Shown: one piece after another, positions 1 to 11,000 of the stretch
How positions within the stretch are numbered: position 1 is the first letter of the stretch
Layout of the letters: each line of letters starts with the position of its first letter
NCBI GenBank assembly: GCA_963665295.1
Contig: OY762209.1
Coordinates: 128,001-192,000 of the forward strand
Reading direction: 5' to 3'
Origin: Syntrophorhabdaceae bacterium
GTDB lineage: Bacteria; Desulfobacterota; Syntrophorhabdia; Syntrophorhabdales; Syntrophorhabdaceae
DNA: 64,000 nt
Program-made: the position numbers and the translations under genes
Notes under the pieces: generated by a model
What the model was told of the DNA's origin: nothing
Database searches by the model: none
The model's input: only the letters and a program-made list of their open reading frames with translations

Positions 1-107
1 GGGCGAACCTGTCAGGTGCAAACATATCCGGGGCGAACCTTTCCGGCACCACATGGCAGGATGGGGTAAGCTGCAAGGAATCCTCGGTAGGGATATGCAA
101 GAAATAG
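1..107 (+). CDS. Pentapeptide-repeat protein, 3' end only (partial)
   Basis: Manual translation from nt 3: ANLSG-ANISG-ANLSG-TTWQDGVSCKESSVGICKK*, i.e. A(N/D)LxG pentapeptide repeats plus a Cys-containing cap; TAG at 105-107. Confidence 0.8.
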   Translation, partial: ANLSGANISGANLSGTTWQDGVSCKESSVGICKK

Positions 108-216
108 GGTTTCCCTCGACGTAACCCCGCTGCGGTGACCGCGTATCCCCGGTATGGAAGGCAGGAGAATATGCGGGAACGGTCGATTCTCAATCTCAGC
201 AGTTATGGGCTTCCGG

Positions 217-669
217 CTACTTTCCTCTCAAAAGTGCCTGGATCAGGTCATCGAGACGCTGGAGGAAACGGGAGTTGTCCCGTTGTTTGCGGGGAGTGGG
301 GCCACTCATGTTGTTTCCCAGGTCGCGAAGGTAGGTCATCAGGTCCCTGTGGGCGAGGGCTTCACCGATGGAGTCTTCGGTAAAGACACGGCCGCTGGGA
401 TCCAGAACCCGGGCGCCTTTTTTCAGACACCGCGCTGCCAGAGGCACATCGCCCGACACCACGATGTCCGTACCGGTGACGCGCTCCTCGATCCAGTTGT
501 CCGCGGCATCGAGGTCTTCTTCAACGACTACCATCTCTATGAGATCGCTTTTCGGAAAGCGCATCTTGAAGTTGGCCACGAAGTAGACTTTCAGGCCGTA
601 CCTTTGGGCTACCCTGAGCACTTCCTTCTTCACCGGGGAAGCATCGGCGTCAACGTATATCTCGATCAA
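217..669 (-). CDS. YaiI/YqxD family (UPF0178) protein
   Basis: IYVDADASPVK, DAADNWI, DIVVSGDVPLAARCL motifs; start placed at TTG 669 with AAAGGA upstream. Confidence 0.88.
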   Translation of the reverse strand: MIEIYVDADASPVKKEVLRVAQRYGLKVYFVANFKMRFPKSDLIEMVVVEEDLDAADNWIEERVTGTDIVVSGDVPLAARCLKKGARVLDPSGRVFTEDSIGEALAHRDLMTYLRDLGNNMSGPTPRKQRDNSRFLQRLDDLIQALLRGK

Positions 670-849
670 ATCATATCCTTTCGGTTTTCGGCAACGCGAA
701 TTCTCCGCACGAAGGCACACCTGTGCCCTGCGGGCCGCCTGCAACGTCTCGTCGAGCAGTTATACATTTTAGCGGTCAGAAAATCAAGCCGGCCGTCAAC
801 CGTTAAGGGCCGTCGGGAAGAGACGCCTTACGACGGGCGACCCGAACGG

Positions 850-1806
850 TTAACGGTCCGCGAATTCAATGATAGCAGGGATCACTGTCCCGGGCGCCTC
901 TTCCATCAGCCAGTGCCCCGATCCCGGGACAACCAGGCCCCGCACATCGGATGCCACCATTCTCGCCTGCTCGATAAGAAAATTGCCGCTCGCCTTCTCC
1001 CCGGTCAGGACCAGCACCGGCATGGAAAGGGGCGTCTTGCCGAGGAGGGCGAAGTCCGCCGCGTCGCGCTCGAAGTTCCGGAAGTATTCAAACCCGGCGC
1101 GCATGCCTTCGGCCCTGGCGTAAGCCGAGGCATACACACGGCGGTCGGCCTCGGGCACCGAATGTCCCGGGTCCGCCGCGAAGTCGTTCCAGAAGTGTTC
1201 AAAGTATATCCGCTCCCGTCCCCTGACCAGGGCCAGCGGCACCTCGCCGTAGAAGTGGAAATGCCACAGGTCGCGCATGAGCCAGACGTCCTTCCAGTTG
1301 CCTATGCCGGGCAGAAAGGCGTCCATGAGGACCACGCGATCGGTCCCCTCAGGAAACCGGGCCGCATAGGCATAGGCCACCATCAATCCTATATCGTGAC
1401 CCACGACGGTCACTTGGTCAAATCCCAGAGAAGAAGTCAACTCGTGAATATCCAAGGCCATATTCTTCTTGTCGTAGCCTGACGCCGGTCTGGCCGACCT
1501 GCCCGCCCCGCGCAGGTCGGGAACAATGACCCTATGTCGTTGGGCGAGAAGAGGCATGATGGGTTGCCACATATGGCCGGTCTGCGCGTAGCCGTGGAGG
1601 AGGACCACGGGACTGCCTTTCCCGCCTATGAAGTAATGCAGCCTGACTCCGTTGACCTCGGCAAAACGCGAGACAAAGCCTGTGGGTAATTTCCCGGCTG
1701 CCGCCGAAATAGGGCCGGACGGCGGCCGCGGCACTGCTCCGGGGCGCTCTGCGGCGTCGGCAGGGACGTTACGTCTACCTGTGAACGGTATCATGTGAAC
1801 GATCAT
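850..1806 (-). CDS. Alpha/beta hydrolase, epoxide hydrolase/haloacetate dehalogenase-like
   Basis: LLHGY oxyanion motif, PDLRGAG, GHDIG Asp nucleophile elbow, GHWLMEE catalytic His. Confidence 0.88.
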   Translation of the reverse strand: MIVHMIPFTGRRNVPADAAERPGAVPRPPSGPISAAAGKLPTGFVSRFAEVNGVRLHYFIGGKGSPVVLLHGYAQTGHMWQPIMPLLAQRHRVIVPDLRGAGRSARPASGYDKKNMALDIHELTSSLGFDQVTVVGHDIGLMVAYAYAARFPEGTDRVVLMDAFLPGIGNWKDVWLMRDLWHFHFYGEVPLALVRGRERIYFEHFWNDFAADPGHSVPEADRRVYASAYARAEGMRAGFEYFRNFERDAADFALLGKTPLSMPVLVLTGEKASGNFLIEQARMVASDVRGLVVPGSGHWLMEEAPGTVIPAIIEFADR

Positions 1807-2086
1807 CCTGTTTCTCCTTCCGTGATTTCATTCGTCCTGCAGACAAGACCAACATGAGGGCTCCCGCCATCAGTCCGTTTCCGGCCCGGCCCTTCGGGAT
1901 ACACACCCCTCGGGTATTCCCGCACCGTGTTGCTTCATATTTGAAAGATATTGCTTAACGACTCCATGTCAAGGACCGGAAACGGATGGAGCCCGTAAAG
2001 AAGAACACCACCCCTCTTATTGAAGGATGGTGTGAGGACTTATCGGCTTACCTTACACAATTCACATTGTCGGGAAGCGTGAGGTG

Positions 2087-3220
2087 TCACTCATTGCAGG
2101 GGTCCTCTTCCGCGCGGCGCTTTTCACGTTCTTCCACCACGCAGTAGACGCCCTTCCCCGCGAACCCGGGTTCAAAGCAGCCACTGTCGGACACGCACGT
2201 GGCGGGTCGCCGGTCGCCTGATTTCCAGCGGTTCACCAGGCCCGGTTCCCTGATGAGGGGTCTGCAGAGCGCGATGTAATCGGCTATCCCCGTGGTTACC
2301 AGCCTTTCCGCGGTCTCCACGGCGCGTATGCCGCCCACCAGAATGAGAGGGACCTGGACCGCCTCCTTGAACTTTTCCGCCGCTGCCTCATAGTAGGCTT
2401 CCGGCTCCCCGGGGCGCGGTTTCCCTTTGCGGGATGGGTTATTATTCCCGGAGAGAAAAGTCCCTCCGCTCATCTCGATGGCGTCGATGCCGGCATCCCG
2501 GAGCATGGCTGCGGCACGGATCATATCGTCCACAGTAAGGCCGCCTGGAAGGAAGTCCTCGGCGTTGAGCTTGGCGAGTATGGGGAAATCGGGTCCTGTC
2601 GCGTTCCGGATTCCTTCAAGTATCCGGACCGCAAGGCGCGTCCTGTTCTCGATACTGCCCCCATAGTCATCTTTTCTCTTATTGAAATAAGGGGAAAGGA
2701 ACTGGCTCAGCAAGTATCCGTGGGCCCCATGGATCTGGACCCCGTCGAACCCCGCGGCCCGGGCCCTCTCTGCCGCGCGGACGAAAGCGTCCGTAACCTC
2801 ACCCATATCCCCTGGGGTCATCTCCTTTCCTACCGGTCCGGAGTCCGTTTCCAGGGCCGACGGTCCCATGGGCACAAGGCCGGTCAAGCGGGACGCCCCG
2901 TAGGACCCGGCATGAGCGATCTGGAGGACGATCCTTCCGCCTGCGCCGTGCACGGCCTCCGCCATCCCGGCAAGACCGGGAACCAACGTGTCGGAATAGA
3001 CGCCGAGTTGCCGGCTGCCCGCCTGTCCTTCCCGGCTTACATATGCATGGCCGCTGATGATGAGCCCCACGCCGCCGAGAGCGAGTTGTGTTTGCACCTC
3101 CACGAGCCTTGACGTCACCGCGCCGTCTTCCGCCGCCATCCCTTCCCACGTGGCCGAACGGACAAAGCGGTTCGCGAGGGTCATATTCCTGATCGAAGTT
3201 GATTCAAAAAGTACGGACAT
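2087..3220 (-). CDS. NADH:flavin oxidoreductase (old yellow enzyme family)
   Basis: NRFVRSAT, GFDGVQIHGAHGYLLSQFLSP, NKRKDDYGGSIENR, RPLIREP. Confidence 0.92.
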   Translation of the reverse strand: MSVLFESTSIRNMTLANRFVRSATWEGMAAEDGAVTSRLVEVQTQLALGGVGLIISGHAYVSREGQAGSRQLGVYSDTLVPGLAGMAEAVHGAGGRIVLQIAHAGSYGASRLTGLVPMGPSALETDSGPVGKEMTPGDMGEVTDAFVRAAERARAAGFDGVQIHGAHGYLLSQFLSPYFNKRKDDYGGSIENRTRLAVRILEGIRNATGPDFPILAKLNAEDFLPGGLTVDDMIRAAAMLRDAGIDAIEMSGGTFLSGNNNPSRKGKPRPGEPEAYYEAAAEKFKEAVQVPLILVGGIRAVETAERLVTTGIADYIALCRPLIREPGLVNRWKSGDRRPATCVSDSGCFEPGFAGKGVYCVVEEREKRRAEEDPCNE

Positions 3221-3352
3221 GGGCTGTTCCCTCCCTGAAAAGGTGTTTGGGCCTCCAACCGGAAGCCATATCTATCTATTGTATGATTTTTTAAGCGCCA
3301 TGCGTCCATGAAAGGCCATCCGCCTCATCCGCGTCGCAATACTTCCGCTTGG

Positions 3353-5947
3353 TTAACGACGGGACCTTCCCCCACCGCCGCCCCGGCTCCAGCCGCCTCC
3401 GCCCCAGGCCCTGTTCTCTTCGGAGAGGCCTGCGCGGTCCCGGTCGTTGCTCGGGAGCGACAGGTTTCGCGGCGCTTCATAACGCGCCTCGGGACGGGCC
3501 ATGTCCGGTCGTTCACTGAAACCGCCTCCCCATCTTTCCGAGCCCCAGGAGGATGCCGCCGACCTCTGGTCTCCCTGGATTCTCGCCTGCCGTTCACCTT
3601 CAAGGGGCTCTATCGTGACCGGCTTCGAGGGCAATGTCTGGGTCTCTCTTATGGCGGGCGCCCGCACGTTATCCCAGCCTCCGCCGCCGCCGTACTTCTG
3701 CCAGCCCTCCCCGGTGCTCTTGTACACATTGCCGTCAGGTCCGGCATAATAGCTGGTAACGCCTGATTTTACCTCGGTGACACTCTTACCGCCGGGTCCC
3801 GTGGCCTTCTCGTATGTGACTGTATGCTCCTTGCCCGTATCCACGTTACCGTAGGTTACCGAACCGGCCCGTGCCGCCACGCCTGTTGACGGGTTGTACG
3901 TCGCCCCACGCTCGCCGTATGCATAGCCCCCGGTATACACGTTGGCAACGGACGCCTTCTGCCCTGCGGAGATCCGGCCTGTCACCGAATTGTATGACGT
4001 GCCCACCTTGTCGCTCCATCCGTTCCCTGTCCACGCGTTGTAGCCCACCGATGACCGCGACTCCGCTGTGGTGGGGCCCCAGTGCCGGTATACGTCCCCG
4101 GTGACGGCCGCCCAGCCCCCCGGACCCCACGCGGCTGCCCCGCCGTAAGGCCCCCGGACATAACCCGCGAAGGGAGAGTACGGCATGGCGCCCCAATAAG
4201 GCGCCGGTGCGTATCCCCAGTAGCTGTCGGATCCCGCGATCGCTGCGCCGAAAGCGCAGCCCATGTCGAATCCCATGGTCCATCCCGTCCAGGGGGTCCA
4301 CGTAGGATTTGCGTCGTAGCCGTACGTGACCGGCTCGCCATACCAGGTCGAATCTCCTATATAGGGTTCGTAGGCGTAGCCCGTGCCATAGACCACCACG
4401 TCGTCGGTGCTCACTATGGCGCCCATGTAACCCGGCGTATACCCGGTCACTACATACTTGGGCGTCGCGTCATAGACCTTCACGTAGGTAACGTAATATA
4501 TGGGTGAACTTGGGGGAATGGTGTAGACAGCCGCGGGAATGGAGGTGGCAACAATCCAAGGACCCTGAAAGTCGGGGGCCGCGAACCAGACGCCGCTCTT
4601 TACGGCATACCACTCCGTGGGCGAAACCATGATGATGGGCGTGGGCGAGTTGACCACATAGTTGAGGGTCGTGCCGGAAACGGGTTTTATTACCGGCTCC
4701 CCGCTCACTTCAGGGGCAAACCGGGCCTCGCCGCGGAAGACCCTTGCCGTGTGAGGAATTTCGTTGGCAATGACCGCCTCCCTCGCCTGGGGCGTCCCGG
4801 GTACCGAAGCCTTCACATTCTCTTTCGGACTATCGTCGGGTATCCTTGCGAAGTCGGGCGGAAGGTCCTTTCCTGCCACGTGTTGCCATGGACCGTCGAG
4901 CCCCGGAGCCTTGAACCAGCGGCCCGCGTCGAGGATGTAGGTGTACCCGTCCTTCATATTCCTGAAGAGGTTGGCACGCGTATTTCTCGCATAGAGAAGC
5001 GATGTCCCGTCGATGGGCGCAAAGTCCGGCGGGCCTTCCGTCACCACGAGTTCGGTAGGAGCGGTTCCTATGACAATTCCCGGGACACCGTTCTTCAGGG
5101 ACGCCTTCCTTCCCGTATTCTCCTCGTCCGGGGGGCCCTCCATCAGGTCGACTATGTTTCCTTTTGCGAGGTCGGCCGCAATCCTTGCCGCATCAGCGGC
5201 CGGGTTCGCCCACACCTGCCATGGACCGGAGAGGGACGAAGCTTCAAGAAAGCCGTCGAAGAGGTGAAGATAGACCTTGCCTGTCGTATCGCTGAGGATA
5301 AGGGCCCGGCTGTTGAGCACCCGCGAAAACGGCGTGCCCCGGACCGCGCGCCACGCGGGTTCGCCGTCTATGGGGATAAGCACCGTGGCCGACCGGGCGA
5401 ATATGAACCGTGGAGGCTCGTTCTTCACCGGCACCGCCCGTCCTTTCTTCTCCACTCCCGGAACGGCGAGGGCGGCGAGCATCCGGTCAAGGGATGGGGT
5501 GAAGGTGTAGGTGGAGAGAATCGTCCGGAGATTGTCCTGGAAGACGCCCTCCTTATCAGGGGCCGAAGGGAAGGTCGTTTTGGTGATCCTCACATTCGAG
5601 AAGCGCACAACACGGGACAAACGGTCCGTCTCGGTCACGGCGCTCACATCGATCACGCCGAAGAGAGGGTCTTTCGCCCCTTGAGGAAGGGCCGAGACTG
5701 CGGCACGGGCCGTGACATGATACCCGTCCCACTTTTCAAGCCGGGGCTGATATATGGTGTACTTTGTCCCGCCCGTATCTGCGGTCTTAGGCCATTTGTC
5801 GGGGGTGACCTCCGCGGCCGGCGGCGGGGAATCCTGCGGGAACGCCGGGGTATTGAAAAGGGCAACCACAAAAAGACAGAGCATGACCGCTGTGGGTATT
5901 GCGACGCATATCCGCCTCAAACCTCCCCTGCCTGTTTTCACTCCCAT
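3353..5947 (-). CDS. Large exported hypothetical protein with Gly/Tyr/Trp-rich C-terminal half and RGG tail
   Basis: 864 aa ORF; N-terminal hydrophobic signal; repeated GxWFxAPxxxGPW motifs; VYGTGY; GWSRGGGGGRSRR tail. Confidence 0.7.
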   Translation of the reverse strand: MGVKTGRGGLRRICVAIPTAVMLCLFVVALFNTPAFPQDSPPPAAEVTPDKWPKTADTGGTKYTIYQPRLEKWDGYHVTARAAVSALPQGAKDPLFGVIDVSAVTETDRLSRVVRFSNVRITKTTFPSAPDKEGVFQDNLRTILSTYTFTPSLDRMLAALAVPGVEKKGRAVPVKNEPPRFIFARSATVLIPIDGEPAWRAVRGTPFSRVLNSRALILSDTTGKVYLHLFDGFLEASSLSGPWQVWANPAADAARIAADLAKGNIVDLMEGPPDEENTGRKASLKNGVPGIVIGTAPTELVVTEGPPDFAPIDGTSLLYARNTRANLFRNMKDGYTYILDAGRWFKAPGLDGPWQHVAGKDLPPDFARIPDDSPKENVKASVPGTPQAREAVIANEIPHTARVFRGEARFAPEVSGEPVIKPVSGTTLNYVVNSPTPIIMVSPTEWYAVKSGVWFAAPDFQGPWIVATSIPAAVYTIPPSSPIYYVTYVKVYDATPKYVVTGYTPGYMGAIVSTDDVVVYGTGYAYEPYIGDSTWYGEPVTYGYDANPTWTPWTGWTMGFDMGCAFGAAIAGSDSYWGYAPAPYWGAMPYSPFAGYVRGPYGGAAAWGPGGWAAVTGDVYRHWGPTTAESRSSVGYNAWTGNGWSDKVGTSYNSVTGRISAGQKASVANVYTGGYAYGERGATYNPSTGVAARAGSVTYGNVDTGKEHTVTYEKATGPGGKSVTEVKSGVTSYYAGPDGNVYKSTGEGWQKYGGGGGWDNVRAPAIRETQTLPSKPVTIEPLEGERQARIQGDQRSAASSWGSERWGGGFSERPDMARPEARYEAPRNLSLPSNDRDRAGLSEENRAWGGGGWSRGGGGGRSRR

Positions 5948-6025
5948 CCTCTCCTTCCTTCTTTCCCGTCCGGGTCACGTCTGCCTCATGGCAGCCGTCT
6001 TTTTCCCCATGGCGACGGGCTTTCT

Positions 6026-6631
6026 TCACTCCTTCCACGAGTATGAGTCGAGCTCCCTGTCCCTGTAAAACATGACGTTCCTGATACCCACGTCAACGAC
6101 CGCGCCGCTTTGGTCGAGTTCGTAGACATGCAGGCCCGGCGGGAACGACAAGGCCCCTGCAAAGGGGCTTCCTTCTTTTCCGATAACCGCCGTCGCCATG
6201 GCGGCGTCGTCAAGGGTCCATCCGGCTTTCATGAAGCGGCTCAGGGCCTCCTCCGTCTCGAAGATCAGTATGACCCGGAACTTGTCCGGCCCGCCCAACT
6301 CGGGTCTCAGTTGGATCATCTTCAGGAACCCCTCCTGTTTTGTGGTGTTCCTGACTGCTACACCCAGCGCCTTCGAGTCGCCCAAGAAGATGACCTGGAA
6401 TCCGTAGTCCGTGAAAACCGCGTAGCCCGCCGATCCCGATACTGCGGCCCGAGCGCGGGGTTTCGCGCTCAAAAGCTGGGACATGGCCGACTTTGCCATG
6501 TCGCGGAGCGAAGCCCGCTGATCTTCTTTTTCGGACTGGAGCGACGGGCCCGTTGAACAGGCTGTCGCAAGAGCCAGACACAAGGTTACCATTACCGCTG
6601 TCATAAATATGGGGGCAAACTTTTTCATCAC
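6026..6631 (-). CDS. YSC84/SYLF-like lipid-binding lipoprotein
   Basis: Lipobox-like LATAC; AGYAVF, RVILIFETEEAL and VYEL motifs resembling the SYLF domain. Confidence 0.65.
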   Translation of the reverse strand: MMKKFAPIFMTAVMVTLCLALATACSTGPSLQSEKEDQRASLRDMAKSAMSQLLSAKPRARAAVSGSAGYAVFTDYGFQVIFLGDSKALGVAVRNTTKQEGFLKMIQLRPELGGPDKFRVILIFETEEALSRFMKAGWTLDDAAMATAVIGKEGSPFAGALSFPPGLHVYELDQSGAVVDVGIRNVMFYRDRELDSYSWKE

Positions 6632-6661
6632 TGTTTCATCTCTTTCATAATATAAACACCA

Positions 6662-8095
6662 TCAATTCCTGGTTTCCAGGTCTTTTTCCGTCATTTTTTC
6701 CGCTTCCACCACCCAGCCGCCGCCCATGGCCTTGTATATGCTCGTGGCGGCAATGAGGGTGCTCGCCCGCGCCTGCACCGCGCTCAGTTCCGCGGGAAAG
6801 AGCTGGGACTCCGCATAGAGCACTTCCAGATAGGACGTGTAGCCGCCCGTATACTTCAGCCGCGCTAGACGTGCGTAGTCCTTGAATGCGGTTACGCGCC
6901 TCCCCTCCGCCTGGGATTGCTCTTCCAGTTTCACCCGTGATATCAGGGCGTTCTCCACGTCGGCGAAGGCCTTCTGGATCGTCTGCTCGTACGTTTGGAG
7001 CGCGGCCTTCTGGCCCGCCTTTGCCTGTTGCACCTGTCCCGCAATGTTGCCCGCGGTGAAGATCGGCCCTGTGATGGAGCCTCCATAATTCCAGGTATTG
7101 CTCGGCCCGTTGAAGAGGTTCAACATGTCGGCGCTCGATGTGCCGAAGGTCCCGGTCAGGGAGATGGCGGGGAAGTAGAGCGCCTTTGCCGCCCCAATCT
7201 GGGCATTGGCCGCGATCAGGTTCTGCTCGGCCTGAAGGATATCCGGTCGCCTTTCGAGCAGTTCCGACGGCAGGCCCGCGGGGATAGTGGGAGTGGAAAT
7301 CCCGGCAAGGGGTTTGCCCCGGGCTATGGGTCCCGGGTTCCGTCCGAGCAGGATGGAAAGGGCATTCTCCGTGAGCACAATCCGGTTCTCGATCTGGGGA
7401 ATCTGCACCGCAGCCGTTTCATACTGGGAGCGGGCCTGTTCCACGGTTATCAAAGAAACCTGTCCGTATTTGTGCTGCAGGTCGAAAAGCCTTACCGAAT
7501 CGCCGTAGACCTTCAGGGTCCGTTGGGAGATCACGAGTTGTTCGTCCAGGGCGCGAAGCTGGATGTAGGAAGAGGAAACCTCGGCCACAAGGGAAAGGAT
7601 GATCCCGCGCCGGGCCTCCTCGCTCGCGAGCAGATTGGCTCTGGCCGCTTCACTGAGCCGCCTGATGCGTCCCCAAAGGTCGATCTCCCAGCTTGCGCCT
7701 CCCAGTACCTGGAGGCTGCTGAACGGGTTCTGTGACGGCGCGGAGTACGCATCGTTTTGGGAATTGCGTTGGCGCACGGCGTTGCCCGTATAACCTACCT
7801 GGGGAAAAAGGGCCGACCGGGTCGTCATGAGGATGCCCGCGGCCGCTTCGATGTTGGCCGCCGCCACCTTCACGTCCTTGTTGTTGGCAAGGGCCTCGAC
7901 AATAAGCCCGTCGAGGACCGGGTCGTCGAATTGCGTCCACCATCTCGTGTTGGCGGTTTCAGTGGCCTGGCCGCTTTCATAGAGGTAGGCCCCGGGGACA
8001 TCGATCCCGGGACGCTTGTAATCCGGGCCCACGGCGCAGCCCGTGATACAAAGGACTATCATGCAAAGGATCGCCGTCCGGCTCATCTCATCCAC
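6662..8095 (-). CDS. RND efflux outer-membrane lipoprotein (NodT/OprM family)
   Basis: GCAVGPDY lipobox, WEIDLWGR, PSELLERRPDI, YKAMGGGW. Confidence 0.93.
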   Translation of the reverse strand: MDEMSRTAILCMIVLCITGCAVGPDYKRPGIDVPGAYLYESGQATETANTRWWTQFDDPVLDGLIVEALANNKDVKVAAANIEAAAGILMTTRSALFPQVGYTGNAVRQRNSQNDAYSAPSQNPFSSLQVLGGASWEIDLWGRIRRLSEAARANLLASEEARRGIILSLVAEVSSSYIQLRALDEQLVISQRTLKVYGDSVRLFDLQHKYGQVSLITVEQARSQYETAAVQIPQIENRIVLTENALSILLGRNPGPIARGKPLAGISTPTIPAGLPSELLERRPDILQAEQNLIAANAQIGAAKALYFPAISLTGTFGTSSADMLNLFNGPSNTWNYGGSITGPIFTAGNIAGQVQQAKAGQKAALQTYEQTIQKAFADVENALISRVKLEEQSQAEGRRVTAFKDYARLARLKYTGGYTSYLEVLYAESQLFPAELSAVQARASTLIAATSIYKAMGGGWVVEAEKMTEKDLETRN

Positions 8096-11000
8096 CTCCT
8101 TCCGTCACGGGGGGCGCACTATCAGGCTTATCCCCGCCTGCCGGCGGCACACCCTCCGCGGGCGGCGCCTCTTTCTTTTTGGAGGTCCTCTCACTCAGCT
8201 TGTCGAAAAGATAGAAGAAGAGGGGTACATACAGCATAGCAAGGGTAGCCTCGCCGATCATGCCTCCCATAATGCCCGTGCCGATGGAATGGCGGGCGTT
8301 CGCGCCTGCGCCGGTGGCGATCGCCAGAGGCAGCACGCCGAAGATAAACGCCAGGGATGTCATAATGATAGGCCTCAGCCTCTCTTCGCCGGCCCGGATC
8401 GTCGCGTCCATGATCGACAGCCCCTGCTTGCGCAGTTCCACGGCAAAGGTCACCCTGAGGACCGCGTTCTTGGCCCCGAGGCCGATGAGGACGAGGAGGC
8501 CGATCTGGAAATAGACGTCGTTATTGAGACCTCTCATCCAGTTCAAGATCAGGGCGCCGAGGATACCGAAAGGCACCGCCGTCATGACGGACCCGGGAAG
8601 GGTCCAGGATTCGAACTGGGCCGCAAGGACGAGGAAGACGATTATGAGGCCGAATATAAAGGCGCTTGCCGAGGTCCCGCCTGATTTCTTTTCTTCATAG
8701 GCCATGCCCGACCACGCGAAGCTATACCCTGAAGGGAGCACCTCCTTCGCCGTATCCTCCATGGCCCGGATCGCGTCACCCGAACTGTAGCCCGGTGCGG
8801 CCGAGCCGGTGACATAGGCAGCGGGGAACCCGTTGAAATGGGGAACAAGATCGGGTCCCGTGGTATAACTCGTCTTTACCACCGCCGACAGGGGCACCAT
8901 CCCGCCGTTTATGGATTTCGTGTAGAGCTTGGTGATATCGGCGGGGCTCCGGCGATACGGGGCATCCGACTGAAGGATCACGTTCCAGACACGGCTGTAC
9001 TGGTTGAACTGGCTCACCGCAATCGACCCGAATTGAGCCTGGAGCGCACTGTAGACATCCTGCACAGGCACTCCGAGGAGCACGGCCTTCGAGCGGTCCA
9101 CCTCGGCCTTCAACTGCTGGGACGAGGAGCGAAAGGTTGTGCTGACACCCGCAAGTTCCGGTCTTTTGACGGCCTTTGCGAGAAATTGCTGGGTCACCTC
9201 GAAGAGGCGTTGAGGGTCTCCTGATCCCTTGTCCTGCACCCAGAATTCAAAGCCGCCGGTGGTGCCGATCCCGGGGATTGCCGGGGGCGCAATGGGGATC
9301 ATGAACCCTGTGTCAACGGAACGGGCCTCGGCGGTCACCGCCGCGAGCACCGCGTCGGAGTTCTCCCTTCGGGCGCGCTCCTTCGTGGAATAGCGCTCCT
9401 TGAAGTCCTTGAGGGTGACGAAGAAGGTTGACACGTTGGGTTTATATTGACTGTCGAGAAGGCTGTAGCCGTTCACGATCGTCCTCTGGGATACGGCGGG
9501 GTTCTTTGCGAAAAACTCGTCTATGCGGCGGCAGGTCTCCGAAGTCCGCTGAAGGCTCGCCGCGTCGGGCATCATAACCTGGGCCATCAGGTATCCCTGG
9601 TCCTCGTTGGGCACAAAACTGGTCGGGGTCGTGCGGAACAGGTGCAAGAGCGCCAGGATCATGAAAGCAAGGAGGATAAAGGCAACACCCATCCTCTTGA
9701 TCATGAGCACCACTGCGTCCCCGAAACCGAGGGTGAACCGGTCGAACCCGCGGTTAAACCAAGCGAAAAACCGGAAGAACCAGCCGAGGAAACCTTTTTG
9801 CGGCGGTGTGGTGTGCTTGAGCAGGATCCCGCACATGGCGGGAGTAAGGGTAAGGGCCACAAACCCGGAGAGGGCCACAGAGATGACAATGGTGATGGCG
9901 AATTGCTTGTAGAGTTGGCCGGTGGTGCCCGGCAGGAAGGCCGCGGGGATAAAGACCGACGCCATGACGAGCACGACCGCGATAAGAGAGGCGCCGATCT
10001 CCTCCATGGCCCTTATGGTCGCCTCCTTGGGATGAAGGCGGGATTTGACCATATTCCTCTCCACGTTCTCCACCACCACAATGGCGTCGTCCACCACCAT
10101 TCCTATAGCGAGCACAATGCCGAAGAGGGTCAGAAGGTTGATCGAGAACCCGAGGGCGAGCATGCCGCAGAACGTGCCTACCAGGGAAACGATAATCGCC
10201 ACGATGCAGATGACGGTAGAGCGCATGCTCTGGAGAAAGAGATACACCACCAGCACCACGAGCAGAATCGCTTCGAAGAGGGTATGAATCACCTCGTCGA
10301 TGGAAATGCGCACGAAGTCCGTGGTATCGAGGGCGATCACATATTCGATGCCGTCGGGCATGCTCTTCTTCAGTTCCTCCATGGTCTTTCTCACACCCTT
10401 GGAGACGTCGAGACCGTTCGCGCCCGGTTGCTGATAGACGATTATGGGCGCGGCGGGCGCGCCGTTCAGCCTGTTGTCATCGATATACTGCCTCCGACCC
10501 ACCTCGGCCCGGGCCACGTCCCTTACACGGACGATGGCGCTGCCGTCCGGGTTCGCCCGGAGTATGATATTCTCGTATTCGGAGGGTTTCACAAAGGGGG
10601 CCTGGGTCACGACAGGGAAGGTCAGTTGCACCTCCTTGCCGGCCGGCTCCTGCCCGACCTGGCCCGCCCCGAACAGGGCGTTCTGCTTGGCCACGGCGTT
10701 CTGGATGTCCGTAGTGGTGATCCCGAGGGAAGCCATCCGGTCCGGGTTCATCCATATGCGCATTGCCTGGTCCGGCACCCCGAAAATCTGCGCCTGACCC
10801 GCGCCGTTCACCCTCTTGATCGCGTCCAGCACATAAACGTTCGTGTAATTGGTCACATAATCGGGGCTATACCGGCCGTCCTTGTTGAAAACGGAAATAA
10901 TCATAAGGGGGTTGCTCGACTTCTTCTGAACCGAGACGCCGTACTGGGTAACGGCCGCGGGGAGCTGCGGCATGGCGAGGTTGACCCGGTTCTGCACCTG

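Noticed and set aside
154..1482. Long plus-strand ORF, and similar antisense ORFs such as 9447-11270, 18322-19620 and 25999-27285
   Set aside because: Shadow frames opposite well-supported genes in GC-rich DNA; no recognisable motifs
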